DNA of 64,000 bases from Euglena gracilis (Eukaryota). The translations under genes and the position numbers were made by a program. Numbering within the stretch: position 1 is the stretch's first letter; every line of letters starts with the position of its first letter. Where the stretch lies: the NCBI GenBank assembly GCA_039621445.1, contig CP154954.1, positions 34,445,737 through 34,509,736 on the forward strand, read 5' to 3'. Positions 13,401 to 24,107 of the stretch are shown piece by piece. Below the pieces are notes generated by a model. It worked only from the letters and a program-made list of their open reading frames with translations. It searched no databases and was not told the origin of the DNA.

Positions 13401-16400
13401 TTTTCATTCAGAAGGGTAAATGTCAGCCTCATTCTGGTTTTTGCAATTTGGCAATACGAGATAATTAAAAGGTATTATGTCAGCCTGAGGAAGCGGATAA
13501 CCGCTTCATATTTGCTCTGCTTTTTTTTGCAGGTTTTACGCCAATGTCATGTCGAAATGTCCTTCCAAGTGAAGCACGGGGAAGTGAACAGAAGGTGTGT
13601 ATCGTTTCGCCTGTTCTACCTTTCGTAACTCGTGCAATTGTCTCCACGTGGTTTGACGTATTTGCATTATGCACTTGGATAATGACATTCAATTTCTGTT
13701 CAGTTTGTCCAGTTTTTGTTATCTTCATAAATATTAACGTCCTTCGTTGTTATTGGGATTGGAATATCGTTTGGTGATCATTGTTGATCATTTCAATTCA
13801 TACCATTTTTTTACGGATTCTTTCAAAGCGGTTTTACGCTTCCTTTTTGGTGTGCAAACATTATGCATATTTTTTACATTACATTCTGTATAATTCATTG
13901 CGTTCAGTTTTCGTTGCACATCTCCTGCTTTTGAAGCGGAATGCAATATTTACCGCTTCCATTTTATAATTTTTCTGTTTCGTTCCTTCGGGGCCTACGG
14001 CAGCAGAAACAACGCTTGTTTTTGTCGGTTCCTCCTGTTCATGTATTTCTTGATTGGTTTTGTTGATTTTACCAGAATTCGAAAGTAAATTGGCCTTCTC
14101 AGGTCTGTTTTCGACTGTATAGGTCTCCTTTACTGTGAGCCAAACGTCCACCGGAATTGGCCAAAATCAGAACCTCTTCAAAAAAAATCGAAAAATATGA
14201 CCCTTTTTTGGAAGTGGTTTCCCGCTTCCTCTTCCGTTTTTAGAGCACCAGAATTGTAGGTCGACTTACGCCGCCTGAGTCAAACATGTTCAAAGAAGAT
14301 TGCTTCATTGCTGTTGATGAGAAAGAAAATGATGCAAATGTCAGCAGGCGTTGGAAATTTTTTGGTGTCCACATGTGAACCACAAACATTACTTTGGTGT
14401 CCACAGGTGAACCACAAAAAAATTTTGGTGTCCACAAGTGAACCACAAAAAATTTTTTGGTGTCCACAGGTGAACCACAAAAATTTTTGTGGTGTCCACA
14501 GTGAACCACAAAATGACAACCTTGGTGTACCACACTAAATGAATGTCTCCCCCCCCCGTCAGCTTTGCTAGTGCCTTGCCGACCAAGCCGATCCTCTATT
14601 GAAAATGGTCATTTTCGGCCCTCTGGCGTCTTCGGTGCCGGGGGCGTTATGCTAGAGCACTGAACCCCTCCTCCCAAATAACAGTTGCAGGGGGAAAGCC
14701 GAGAGAGATTTCTCCAAATGACTTTGCCCCCCCCTTCACAAAAAAAAGTGAAAAATGGCGCTTCTTTTTTGGAAAAGCAGGAGTGGGTAGGACCCACTGC
14801 TACCCATTTCTTAAAGACCCCGGGGGGGGGGGTCCAGCCTCCGGCTGGCAAAAAGGCTGCTGGAAGGAAATGAGCTGCTGGCTGGACCCCCCGGGGAAAA
14901 TGGGGGGGGTCTGGGACTTGTGGGGGCTGGGCTAGGCCAGGGTTCGATATAAGGACAGGTGGGGGGGGGTGGTCCGGACCCCCCCGCTGCGGGCCAGGAG
15001 GGGGGGGGGGGGGGGGGACACCCCCCCCACCTAAACAGGTGCGCGGTCAGGGTTGCCGAATTTTCGGCCCGGCGCGAAGCGCCGGGCCGAAAATTTTTGA
15101 CCCCCCAAAACGACCAAAAGTGCCATTTTGGGCACTTTTTGGGCAAAAATGTACCAAAAATGCAAAAAATTTTCGGCGCGAAGCGCCGGAGGAAAAAATT
15201 GACCCTTTTTGGGGGGGGGTCAATTTTTGCCCCCGAGGGTCGGTCCGGACCCCCCTGGCAGGTGGGGGGGGTGGTCCGGACCCCCCCCTGCGGGCCAGGA
15301 GGGGGGGGGGTGGGGGGGGGACACCCCCCCCACCTAAACCATGTACGCCCTCCTTATATCGAACCCTGGGCTAGGCTGGGTCGATGAAAAACAAAAAAAA
15401 TTCTGAAAATTCTTCGCCATTTTCGACATTTTGCTGGATGGAGATCAAGGCTGGATCGGGACTGAAGGAACAGCCTAATAATTAATGAAAAAATGCAGGG
15501 ATAGGTGAGCTGGGCAGCCCATTTGGCTGGCCAGCCGGCGGCCGGCTGGCCCGGTTCCGGCCGGGCTAGATACAACTTTATTTCACTCGACCCCCCCCCC
15601 CCCGGGGGCTGCCAGCCCGAATTTGGGCTGCTGGCTGGATTTGAGCTGCTGGCTGGCTGGACCCCCCCCCAGGGGATAGGGTCCCCTCGTAAGAAAACTG
15701 CTGGGCGCATCTCGCACTGGAGCGTTTTTTCTTTGTCGGCGTGCGCAAATGCGCACATGGACGAAGAAAATCAAATGAAGCGTGGGAGTGTATTGCATCA
15801 TGTGGCCCGCTGACCACAGGGATTTTCAAGCTAGCAGACACATCCATTTTCAGCCAATGAACTGTGCCTTATTTTTTGGACTATTGAAAATACTGGGCGT
15901 GAAGGGCACTTCCAAACTCGCCGAACGAAGCATTAAATTATATCACAACTAATAAAAAAATAAACACCATTTGACAACGAATAGCTTTTAGGAAAGTGGT
16001 CAGGCGGTCTGTCAATGGTTTTGATAATAACTTCGCAAGGGGCGGGGCCAGAAAGATCGGCCCATTAACTTTGCAGGGGGCAAAATTATTTGAGCGATTT
16101 GGTTCATTCACCCCAAAATCCGACCCCCCCTGGGTAAAAAAATGTCCTACCCCCCTGACTGCCAAGCACCCTCCCCCCAGGGGGACCCTGAAAAAAACCC
16201 ACAACCTTTTGGAAAACATAAGAACATCCTTCTCATAGCAAAACAGGACTAAATGATTGAGTGTGCCTGATGCCAGCTGCACTTTTTGCTGCAGAAGAGT
16301 GGGAGTTTTGCCTTCCCTCACTTATTTTTGGCCACTTTTTGCCATTTTTGTTGCCTTTGAAGTCAAAAGTAGCAAAACGTGGCCCAAAATGGCCTGAAAG

Positions 16401-17339
16401 TGGCCAAAATGGGTAAACATGGCCAAAGCTCACTTCATCTGCTGAAGGCAAGAGCGTTCTCTGGGCAGCGGCCACATGGCGAGGTGCCAGAGGAAAATAC
16501 GACGTGTGCGAGGAGAACTGACGGCGAAATGGGTGAACAGTGGTCGGAATGAGACCAGGAATGTTTTCATTCAAATCAGCAAGAGCGGTCAAAAATCGTC
16601 AAAAAAAAGCAGCAAAAAAAATGTGGCCAAAAGCAACAAAAAGTGCCACAAGTCTGCAAAAATGGCCCAATGCAGACAAAAGCATCGTGCCACAAGTGGA
16701 CAAAAGTGGCCAAAAGCACACAAAACCATCAAAAAATGGAAGAAAGTCGGCAAAAATGCCCAAGAAGCAGCAACGACCCAACAAAGGTGGTCAAAAGCAG
16801 TCCAAAGTTGCAAAAAAAAACTGGCCAAAAGTCGGAAGGTGGCCAAGAGCAGACAACAGCATAATAAAAAAAAACAGCAAGATGTCAGTAAAACTGGCCA
16901 AAAGCAGCAAAAAGCAACCAAAAGTCGGCAAAATGGCCAAAGGCAGTCAAAAAAAATGGCAAAAAATGGCAATTAAGTGACCACAATCAGTTGATAGCAG
17001 TAGAAGCAGCCTAAAAGTGGCAAAAGATGGCCAAAAGGACCAAAGGCTGCCTAAAAGGCCAAAAAGTGGGCAAAAGTGACCAAAAGCACCTGGAAGCTGC
17101 CAAAATGGCTAAAGTGGCCAGAAAAGGCTGAAACGCCCAAAAGTGGGCAAAATAGGTAAAAATAACAAAAAAAATGAGCAAACATGCTTAAAATTGTGCA
17201 TTGTATGGCTGTGATGTGCGCTCATTTTTTGTTGTGTTTCCCCCACCTGTGACCGACTACTTGCCAACCAGGGCCAACTGTGGCACCAAAATGGGAGTCG
17301 CCATAAATGCCTGGTTGTGTGTGTGTGTGTGTGTGTGTT

Positions 17340-17384
<45 letters not shown>

Positions 17385-20300
17385 ATGTGTGGGTGGGTGG
17401 GTGGGTGGGTGGGTGGGTGGGGGGGGTGGTGGGGGGTGGGGTAGATTGGGGAGTTAACGTAGGAAGAGGCTCAAGCTCGAACGTTCGAGCTCGAGCTTTA
17501 AGCCTTTTTGAGCCCCCCCCCCCTCAGGGGGCTTAAAAAACCTCCTCGAACCACCTCGAACGACATTCGAGGAGTCTTCCGAGTCTCCTCAAATGTGCTT
17601 GAGGAGGTTCGCAAGCTCCAGAGCCTCCTCCTACGTACACACATGGGGGTGCTTTGGGGCCCTCTGTGAAAAGTTGCCTACAAAACAACTGGCACAACAA
17701 AGGGGATTTGCACACACAGGACATATGTATTCAGGGTCCTCCGAACAGTTGCGTACAAAGGGGCATCGGCAACAAATGGGGTTTGAAATTAGTTGAATAT
17801 GTATGTATATATATATGTATATATATACATATATACATATATATACATACATATATATATACATATATATATATAATATATATATATATGGCAGCTGGAG
17901 TTTACTTCCCCCCCCGGGGGTCCAAATAAAGACTCCAGGGGGGGGGGGTCAGAAGTTTTTTTTGCGTTAATGATGGAGTAGGGTTAGGTGCGCGCATTCG
18001 GCCTAACCCTGACCCTAACTTGTACACCTAACACCCGTCTATAAGTTAGGCCTAACCTTAGGCCTAACTTGCTCACCTAACCCTGTTCCATCCTTAATGC
18101 AAAAAAAACTATTTTGACCCCCTCTTGTCTTTACGTGGACCCCCCCGGGGGGGCAAGTAAAATCTAGCTGCCATGTATATATATATATATGTTTTATATA
18201 TATACATACATACACACACAGATATATATATATATATATATATATTTGGAGTTTCATGGTCCAATGTTCGAGGTGGTTCCAGGTGGCTCCAGGAGACTCT
18301 TGAGCCTCCTCGAACGACCTCGAATGCAGGGGCAATAAAAAATCCTGAATAAACCGGAAATAAACTGGAATAGAAATTGTCAGAATATCCAGAATATTCC
18401 GGAATTTCCGTGAAAAAGCGCAGTGGAAAGTATGAAACATTTTCATGTAAAGGTGGCTTTTTGCGCTTTATTTGACTGCCAACGCTCCATTAAAGGTGGC
18501 CAAAAAAAGCTGCCAGAAGTGAATCTGACAGGAGATTCGGGTTCCACCATTCATAGGGTTTGGACAGCCCTGGGGTATTCCGGTTGGAAAAAAATCTCTC
18601 TGGCACTTCGCACCGATCTGAAAACGGGTTTTAACCTTTTTTCTTGCTAATCTTGTTCCAAAAATGCCAGGTTTCTGGGATCAGCTGGTGCGAAACTGGG
18701 AAAACCATTCCGCAAACTGGGGTTGCAAGAGTTTCCACTAGAAATTGCACTGCCCAGCTTTGGACTTGCTACAACCCAGCTTCTCAGGGTTTGCAACTCC
18801 TTAAGCAAAGACCTGACCCAAACACACACACACACACACGCACACACACTTGGCTCAGCTTCCAGTGTTTCGGACATGGGCGACCACCCATGATCCTCCT
18901 CACCAGGAAAACAAATTCTTGCATTGTCGTCGCCGCCTGGGTTGCTTGCAGCAGTGGGAATATCGATATACAAAATGTTTTCTCAGGCTGGGCAGATGTA
19001 TAATTTTTAAAAAAAATAATCAACGGGGACAGAAAGAATTTACAGGCCACCACCCACCCACCTACCCGCACGCATACACTCATGCATGCAATACCCACAC
19101 ACATACACTCATGCATATGATACCCACACACATGCCCACACACACACCAAACAAAACAAACACACACCACACAGTAACACTATCACATAACACACCCAGT
19201 GCGGCTTCCTGCACCTCGAAGATGGGCGACCATCGCCCTTCCTCAGCAGGCTCAACAGGGGAGTAAATCGCTGGGGAGGATGGAGCCAGGGGGTCCTCGT
19301 CGTCGTCATCCAGCACCATGATGGGGATGGGTCGCACAGGCTGTGTTCGAGATGCCGGTTGCTGTTGGGAAGAAGAGAGGGATGTAGAAAAACAAGAAAA
19401 GGCTGAGGTGTGCCGGTTGGGCACTGTTCAGCAGCCGCAGAGCACTCGTGCACACAGCTCAAGGCTCACAGGCACACAGGTCAACAAGACAGAGATTCAC
19501 ATGCGTCCGCATGAGTGGTTTAGTGCTTTGATACCTAAATACCATTTTTTTGGATTTGGTGGATGGCACGGACTTATACAGGACACGCCTGAGAATGCTG
19601 CCGAAGGAACGTATCGATGGAGGCACGGGATGCGCCGTGATCCCCAGAGTCTGAATCCGAGTCCGATGCTGCACACAGCCTTTGTCGCCCTGCAGGCACC
19701 CCTGGGGGTCTGGCTGCAGACTTTTTCCACCTCATTCCAGGTTTCCCATTGAGTGCGGTTGGGGTAAAAAATCTTCAAATTCCAAATTCTTCTCAACCCC
19801 AACCCAAACCCTCACCCTCACCCAACTTCGGTCCACATGCAGTTCATTTTGCTGGGAAAACCACGGAAATCAAGGGAATGGGGGGGGAGCTAACTATGCA
19901 TATCCTTTGTGCCGGGCAGGGGTTGTGCTAGAAACATCTTCCTCATCACATACTTATTATCATCCTTACCACATCACTTATCCGTGCTTGGGGGGAGATG
20001 GCTGTTGCCGATGCAATTGATTCTGACCCTCCCCCCAAAAAGGTGTTGTGGTCGAGATCATGATTGCCGCTTCGTCGTGGCGGGTGGAGTGTGTTCTCTC
20101 CTGCGCTGCCACCTGCCACACGGCGAAAGGGTATGTGGCACGGACGCTCCTGCGTCCAGTGTCCCCGGCCACCCATTCAGGTTGACCGTGGACCCCCAAA
20201 GGCATACAGCTGCCACGGACGGGATGTGAACGGGTGAGGCGGGGGCACCGGCTGCTCGGCGGCCGCCACCGTGCTTTCGATGTTGGCGAGGGTGGTGAGG

Positions 20301-23300
20301 GAAAGCACCTGCACCCAGCGCGGCTCCACGCACCGCGGCCGAGGGCCTCGCCGAGAGGGGGGGGGCTCAAGGGGCCAACCTCCTTCCCGTCCCATCACAG
20401 TTGCCGCCTAGGGCCCAAAATGGAACTTTGGCATTCCTCAAAAGCTCGCTTGCTTGCCCATCATTGATGTGGATGAGCAAATCCATAAGAACCCCCCCCT
20501 GCCATAATTGCCCCCGGGGTGCCCCAGACCACGCGTGCCAAAACTGGACTGGGAGGAGGGCCCCGAGCATGAGTGGTAAAGGTCCGCGTACTTCGCCCAC
20601 GGCCGCAGACAGGAGCAGGCCAGCGCTGCTGGCAGGCACGGGCGATGGCACCCACCACGCCCCCCTCCCCACTGCTGTCCGCCCCTGTCCACCCCCTACC
20701 CCTGGAGCCGGGCCTGGCCTCCAGGCCGGGGGCGAAGAGGGAGGCGTAGACGGGGTGGGTGTGCACAACGAGGGTGTCCAGCAGGATCCTGATGGGGGGA
20801 GGCAGTCCCATTGAGCCCCCGGGTTGACCCCACCGCCTGGTTTGGTGTTCCCACACAAAATGTTGCCCCGACGTTCTGGATGCACAAGTGCGAGGGGAAT
20901 TTAGGGTTACCGTAAGGAGTAAGGGAATTGATAGGGGAGGCCCCACCCAAGCGAAGTTTTGCGAAAACTTTTCGTAAAACTGCATGTTCTTGATGGGATT
21001 CTGCCGTTGGGGACACCTCGGTCCAACCTTAGACGGCTGGGAACATCCGAGAGATTCCGAAAAAATGCAATTCTGAGACCTTCATACCTTGTGGCATAAT
21101 CAAAACTCTCACATGGATTATTGTCCATTTTCACAGAAATATTCAGGGTAAAGATCCTGGGTCACAAAATCCTAGAAAATGGTCTGGTGCTTCTGTTGTC
21201 ACAGTTATTCTTCCATATTGGACAAAATGCTCTGTAAAGCTTCAAATTAACATTGGAACTTGGCGCTGTACAGGCCAAATGAACACAATTAGCAGGCTTC
21301 CATTTTGGGGTTTCTCCGCATCGGCTCGAATGATAATGTTTTTTTGTTTTAATGTTGATGTTTGTTGTACCTGACAAATTAAAAACAGCCACCCACCTCA
21401 AATAGGCTTTGCCGCAGTGCAAATGGCAGGACACATGGTGGACATGCAGGAGCACCCGGGGGCACACCAGGCCGCCAGGCGCGCCAGGGGGGTGGGGGCC
21501 CCGCGGACGCGCTCCTCCACGAGGGCCACCACCTCCCCGGCCCACTGCGGGGCCAGCGCCCCGCCGGCCTTGGCGACCCGGATGATGGCGGCAGACCGTC
21601 GCGGGGGTTGGGAAGGGAGGCGGGGGCCCAGGCTGGAGGTGACCCCCCCCGCGTGCCCGGGAGTGCCGGGACAGGCAGGCACCCCTCTGCACCTCTCTCT
21701 CCCCCTGGGGTGGGGTCGGGGCCTGCCTGGTTGTGGCCCAGAAAAGTGCCAGAAATGGACTCTTCTGGAATTGCCTTGACTGTGTGCCCAGGCACTTCTG
21801 GCCATAAGCCCAACCCCCCCCCCCAGGTGCAGATCTGGGTGCTTTGGAATGCCTACCCCCACCTCAAAATTCAGCCTGTTGGGGATCCCACCTGCCTGCC
21901 GGGATCAGGCCGTATTTTACCAACCCCGGGGGGAGGGGGGGTCCAGCGTGCCTATGAGTGCCTGCCTGGGCAGGCACTAACCCCCCCCGGGGGGGGGGGT
22001 CGAGTTTCGGCCTGTGCCCAGGCACATTCCTTTGAAAATAGGCCATTTTTGGCTCCCCGGCGACTTCGGCGGCGGGTCTGTGCTAGGGCACTTTTGACCG
22101 TGTGTCCGACCCCCCCCCCCGGGGGGTCGGATTTGGAGTGCCTTGGAGTGCCTGCCCAGGCAGGCACCCCCCCCCCCGGGGTGGGTCGGCACCCGACTAA
22201 AATACAGCCTGGCTGGGATGGCAGGAGGTCCCAACCATCTTAATCACGGCACATGTAAACGAGATGTGTTGATTAACAAAAAAAATCTAACAGGCGCACA
22301 CAGACGATGAGCACACAGACGGCGAGCACAGGTGCTCATCGTCTGTGCGCACTGGTTTCGTTTGGAGGGAACAGAAAAGCAAATTCCCAAACGCCCAAGA
22401 TGAGGTTTCCTGAGCCTCCCCATGCGTGGGGGTAAGCATGTTTTGGGCCGGGCCGGGTTGGACATGACAGGATTTGCTGCGAACCCAGGGGCCAAATCTG
22501 GGAACAAAAATTTGAAAGGACATGCAAGCTGAACCTGCTGAAAGGCCAAAGATCAGCCAAATGTGGTAAATCATCAGGTCAAACAAAGTTGGGGATTCAC
22601 ATTCAAAGAAGAGATAAGCCTTGGGTAGAAAATCATTCACATACCGCCCAAACCCCAGACAAGAGAAATAATGGACAAAGGGGATAATATTTTGATAGCA
22701 CATTGAGCAGATGGATGCTTGTGTGCGTTTGCGTTAAACATTTGTGAGTGTTTGCACGGGAGCACGAAACCGAATCGCATCCAATTGACACCAGGAGACC
22801 AACTGCCTGGCCAGTCTCACATGGATCCGGCCGCCGCAACGCGAAGAGGTCCTGCCGGAAGGCGTCCAGAGAACCCAGCGGCGCGGCCATCACCCCGGGA
22901 AGAGGGTGTGGGGCAACATGGGGCGGGGGAAGAGCTCCGACCCCCCTGGCGGCGCAGAGCAGACCGTCAACGTTGGTTGGGGCAGTCCGGGCAACGGAAT
23001 CGGGGCCACCGCCAAAAAGAGGGATATCTGAGGATGCAGTGGTGCCAGGACCATACCCGGGGCAGGCCAGCCATTTGGGTGGGTGGGCGCTTTCCGTTCC
23101 GAAGGCAAACCAAACCGTCGTCCCGTTTCGACCCATGGCACGCTGTCCCGGGAGCCTCGATTCTCATTTTTGTTGCCTCCAAATGTGCCACAGGGGTAAA
23201 ACTTTTGGGATGTAACAAAAACGGTTGGGTAGTACAGGTTCCTGGTCAAAGAAACAGAGATATGTTTTTGATAGCAAAACGTTATCCACATTGGTTTGTT

Positions 23301-24107
23301 TGGCTGCCTCCCATTCCCGAGTGGGGTTGACCCCCAGCCCCCCCCCCCCCCCTGCATTGTATGCCCCCCTGTAAAAGTGGTGTCCAGGGCGTATGGGCGC
23401 AGCGGAAAGACCAGACGGAGAATGGAGCATCCCCCTGGCACTGGTCCCTTGGCTGGTATTGCGCTGGATCTAAAACGGTTAACGGTGGTGCCCTCCACGC
23501 ACAAGGAGGATTCACCACAGAAGAATTTCAGCTGAAAAATAATACATGTTGAAAATAGAAAAAGGTGGTGGGCAGCGCTCGCCGTCCCCCACCCCAGATA
23601 GATAGCCAGGTTTCCTGCTCAGCCTGGCTTTTTATCTGGAGAATAAATCCATAAATCAAAAATTTGAGAAGACAGAATAAATACAAGAGTGTAAAGGGGC
23701 TGTATGCGTGACCGCCCTCCCAGCACCTCTGAGCTTGAACTACAACTGCATTGGCAAATTCACATCGAAACAATTTGCTATTCTGCTGAGGGAACTCAAC
23801 CATAAAACCAGACATATGAGTTGCATGTACCATGTATGCAATTTTCTGGGAGGGTTGAGAAGCCATCTCTCTCCCTGCCCTTCTTGAGAGACCACAATGC
23901 AACCCTCCTTGGCAAAACGGCTGTGCTGTGAAATCGAGGTGGCGCCGTGTCCGTTGCCTCGTGTCTGTTGGCGAGGGGTGGCGGAGTGCGAGTGCAATTG
24001 GACACCGGATGGCACCTCGCTGCGGGGCCGTCCACGGCGTGGAGAGTGTGGAGGGGCGAATGTGCTGTGAACTGGACAGAGGGTTCGGGTTCGGGCGTCG
24101 CAGGCAT
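340..24107 (-). CDS. Gene A: multi-exon gene encoding an N-terminal CID-like domain, a low-complexity linker and a C-terminal AEP (primase-polymerase)-like domain; 3' end probably runs off the window
   Basis: ATG at 24107 directly follows a pyrimidine tract plus AG (cttctttcttcag-t-ATG, MPATPEPEPSVQ). GC-rich exons splice in frame within the CID part (20250-21600) and the AEP part (340-4680). Linker exons lie near 19200-19330, 18850-18960, 11590-11710, 10100-11180, 8425-9270, 6100-6310 and 5580-5770. Continuity across 12100-18800 is inferred, not proven. Confidence 0.6.
496..916 (-). other. Nonconventional (euglenid-type) intron
   Basis: The 5' end accCAGGGGTGGCG pairs with the 3' end CGCCGCCCCTGccccc. 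There is no GT-AG. Removal gives EG|RPIVP in frame. Confidence 0.8.
978..1838 (-). other. Nonconventional intron
   Basis: The 5' end gccCGGCCCGCCAT pairs with the 3' end ATGGCGGACTGccacg. Removal gives DITAVRA|GSLRMP. Confidence 0.8.
1995..2100 (-). other. Nonconventional intron
   Basis: 5' ggcCAGGC and 3' GCCTGcctcg. Removal gives LKTV|DVLNA. Confidence 0.7.
2179..2339 (-). other. Nonconventional intron
   Basis: The 5' end ggcCGGCGAGGGG pairs (with G-U) with the 3' end CCTCTCGTCGgcgcc. Removal gives KEKDCP|KTSFH. Confidence 0.8.
4026..4110 (-). other. Nonconventional intron with CAC/GTG instead of CAG/CTG
   Basis: The 5' end gccCACCGCAGCG pairs with the 3' end CGCAGCGGTGgcgcc. Removal gives LVERHTLH-Y-PYTEDIDL. 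Confidence 0.7.
4170..4581 (-). other. Nonconventional intron
   Basis: The 5' end ggcCAGGCCTGCCCA pairs with the 3' end TGAGCAGCCCTGgggcc. Removal gives CEAV|AACHR. Confidence 0.8.
7575..11045. repeat. Intragenic tandem duplication (~1.7 kb unit) of exons and introns
   Basis: 8422-9271 is near-identical to 10099-11045 apart from the length of a (GT)n tract. 7575-7960 is a more diverged homologue of 9290-9680. Confidence 0.9.
12759..14548. mobile_element. Non-autonomous DNA transposon (1.79 kb) with 20-bp TIRs and subterminal repeat arrays
   Basis: Perfect TIR AGACATTCATTTAGTGTGGT at both ends, flanked by C8 on the left and C9 on the right (compatible with an 8-bp TSD). Arrays of GGTGTCCACAGGTGAACCACAAAA lie at 12790-12920 and 14363-14512. 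The interior is AT-rich with no intact transposase ORF. Confidence 0.85.
14938..15368. mobile_element. hAT-like MITE (family 1)
   Basis: TIR CAGGGTTCGATATAAGG / CCTTATATCGAACCCTG with a perfect 8-bp TSD GGCTAGGC. It is inserted into a copy of MITE family 2. Confidence 0.92.
16325..17180. repeat. Degenerate ~10-bp periodic minisatellite (GGCCAAAAGT-like)
   Basis: Recurrent GGCCAAAA/GGCAAAA/GCAGCAAAA units, which explain the K-rich ORFs. Confidence 0.7.
17890..18172. mobile_element. Foldback MITE embedded in a (TA)n microsatellite
   Basis: Long imperfect TIRs beginning GGCAGCT, internal GGGTTAGG/CCTAACCC motifs, and (TA)n on both sides. Confidence 0.8.
20250..22900 (-). CDS. Exons encoding a CID/RPR (CTD-interacting domain)-like helical domain
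   Basis: Spliced sequence: LDAFRQDLFALRR..SAAIIRVAKAGGALAPQWAGEVVALVEERVRGAPTPLARLAAW|ILLDTLVVHTHPVYASLFAPGLE|ALACSCLRPWAKYADLYHS|WCVEPRWVQVLSLTTLANIES. It follows the Pcf11/Nrd1/SCAF8 pattern (KLxxxYLLDSIxK..Y...F...L ... L..W...F....L..I). The junctions at introns 20789-21467 (GT-AG), 20628-20719 and 20335-20568 are in frame. Confidence 0.65.
20335..20568 (-). other. Nonconventional intron
   Basis: 5' gctCGGGGCCCTC and 3' GAGGCCCTCGgccgc. Removal gives YHS-W-CVEPRW. Confidence 0.65.
20628..20719 (-). other. Nonconventional intron
   Basis: 5' ggcCAGGCCCGG and 3' CCGTGCCTGccagc. Removal gives PGLE|ALACS. Confidence 0.75.
21906..22211. mobile_element. hAT-like MITE (family 3)
   Basis: TIR CAGGCCGTATTTTA / TAAAATACAGCCTG; TSD GCCGGGAT versus GCTGGGAT (7/8 match). 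Confidence 0.8.

Noticed and set aside
12950-14350. Transposase gene inside the 1.79-kb element
   Set aside because: Only short interrupted ORFs, with no recognisable DDE or zinc-finger motif.
12790-14512. Regularly spaced GGTGTCCACAGGTGAACCAC repeats resembling a CRISPR array
   Set aside because: The intervening sequences are short A/T runs rather than unique spacers. The arrays are subterminal to a TIR element, and there are no cas genes.
16476-16980. Lysine-rich, histone H1-like plus-strand ORFs
   Set aside because: They arise in several frames from a degenerate A-rich minisatellite inside an intron.
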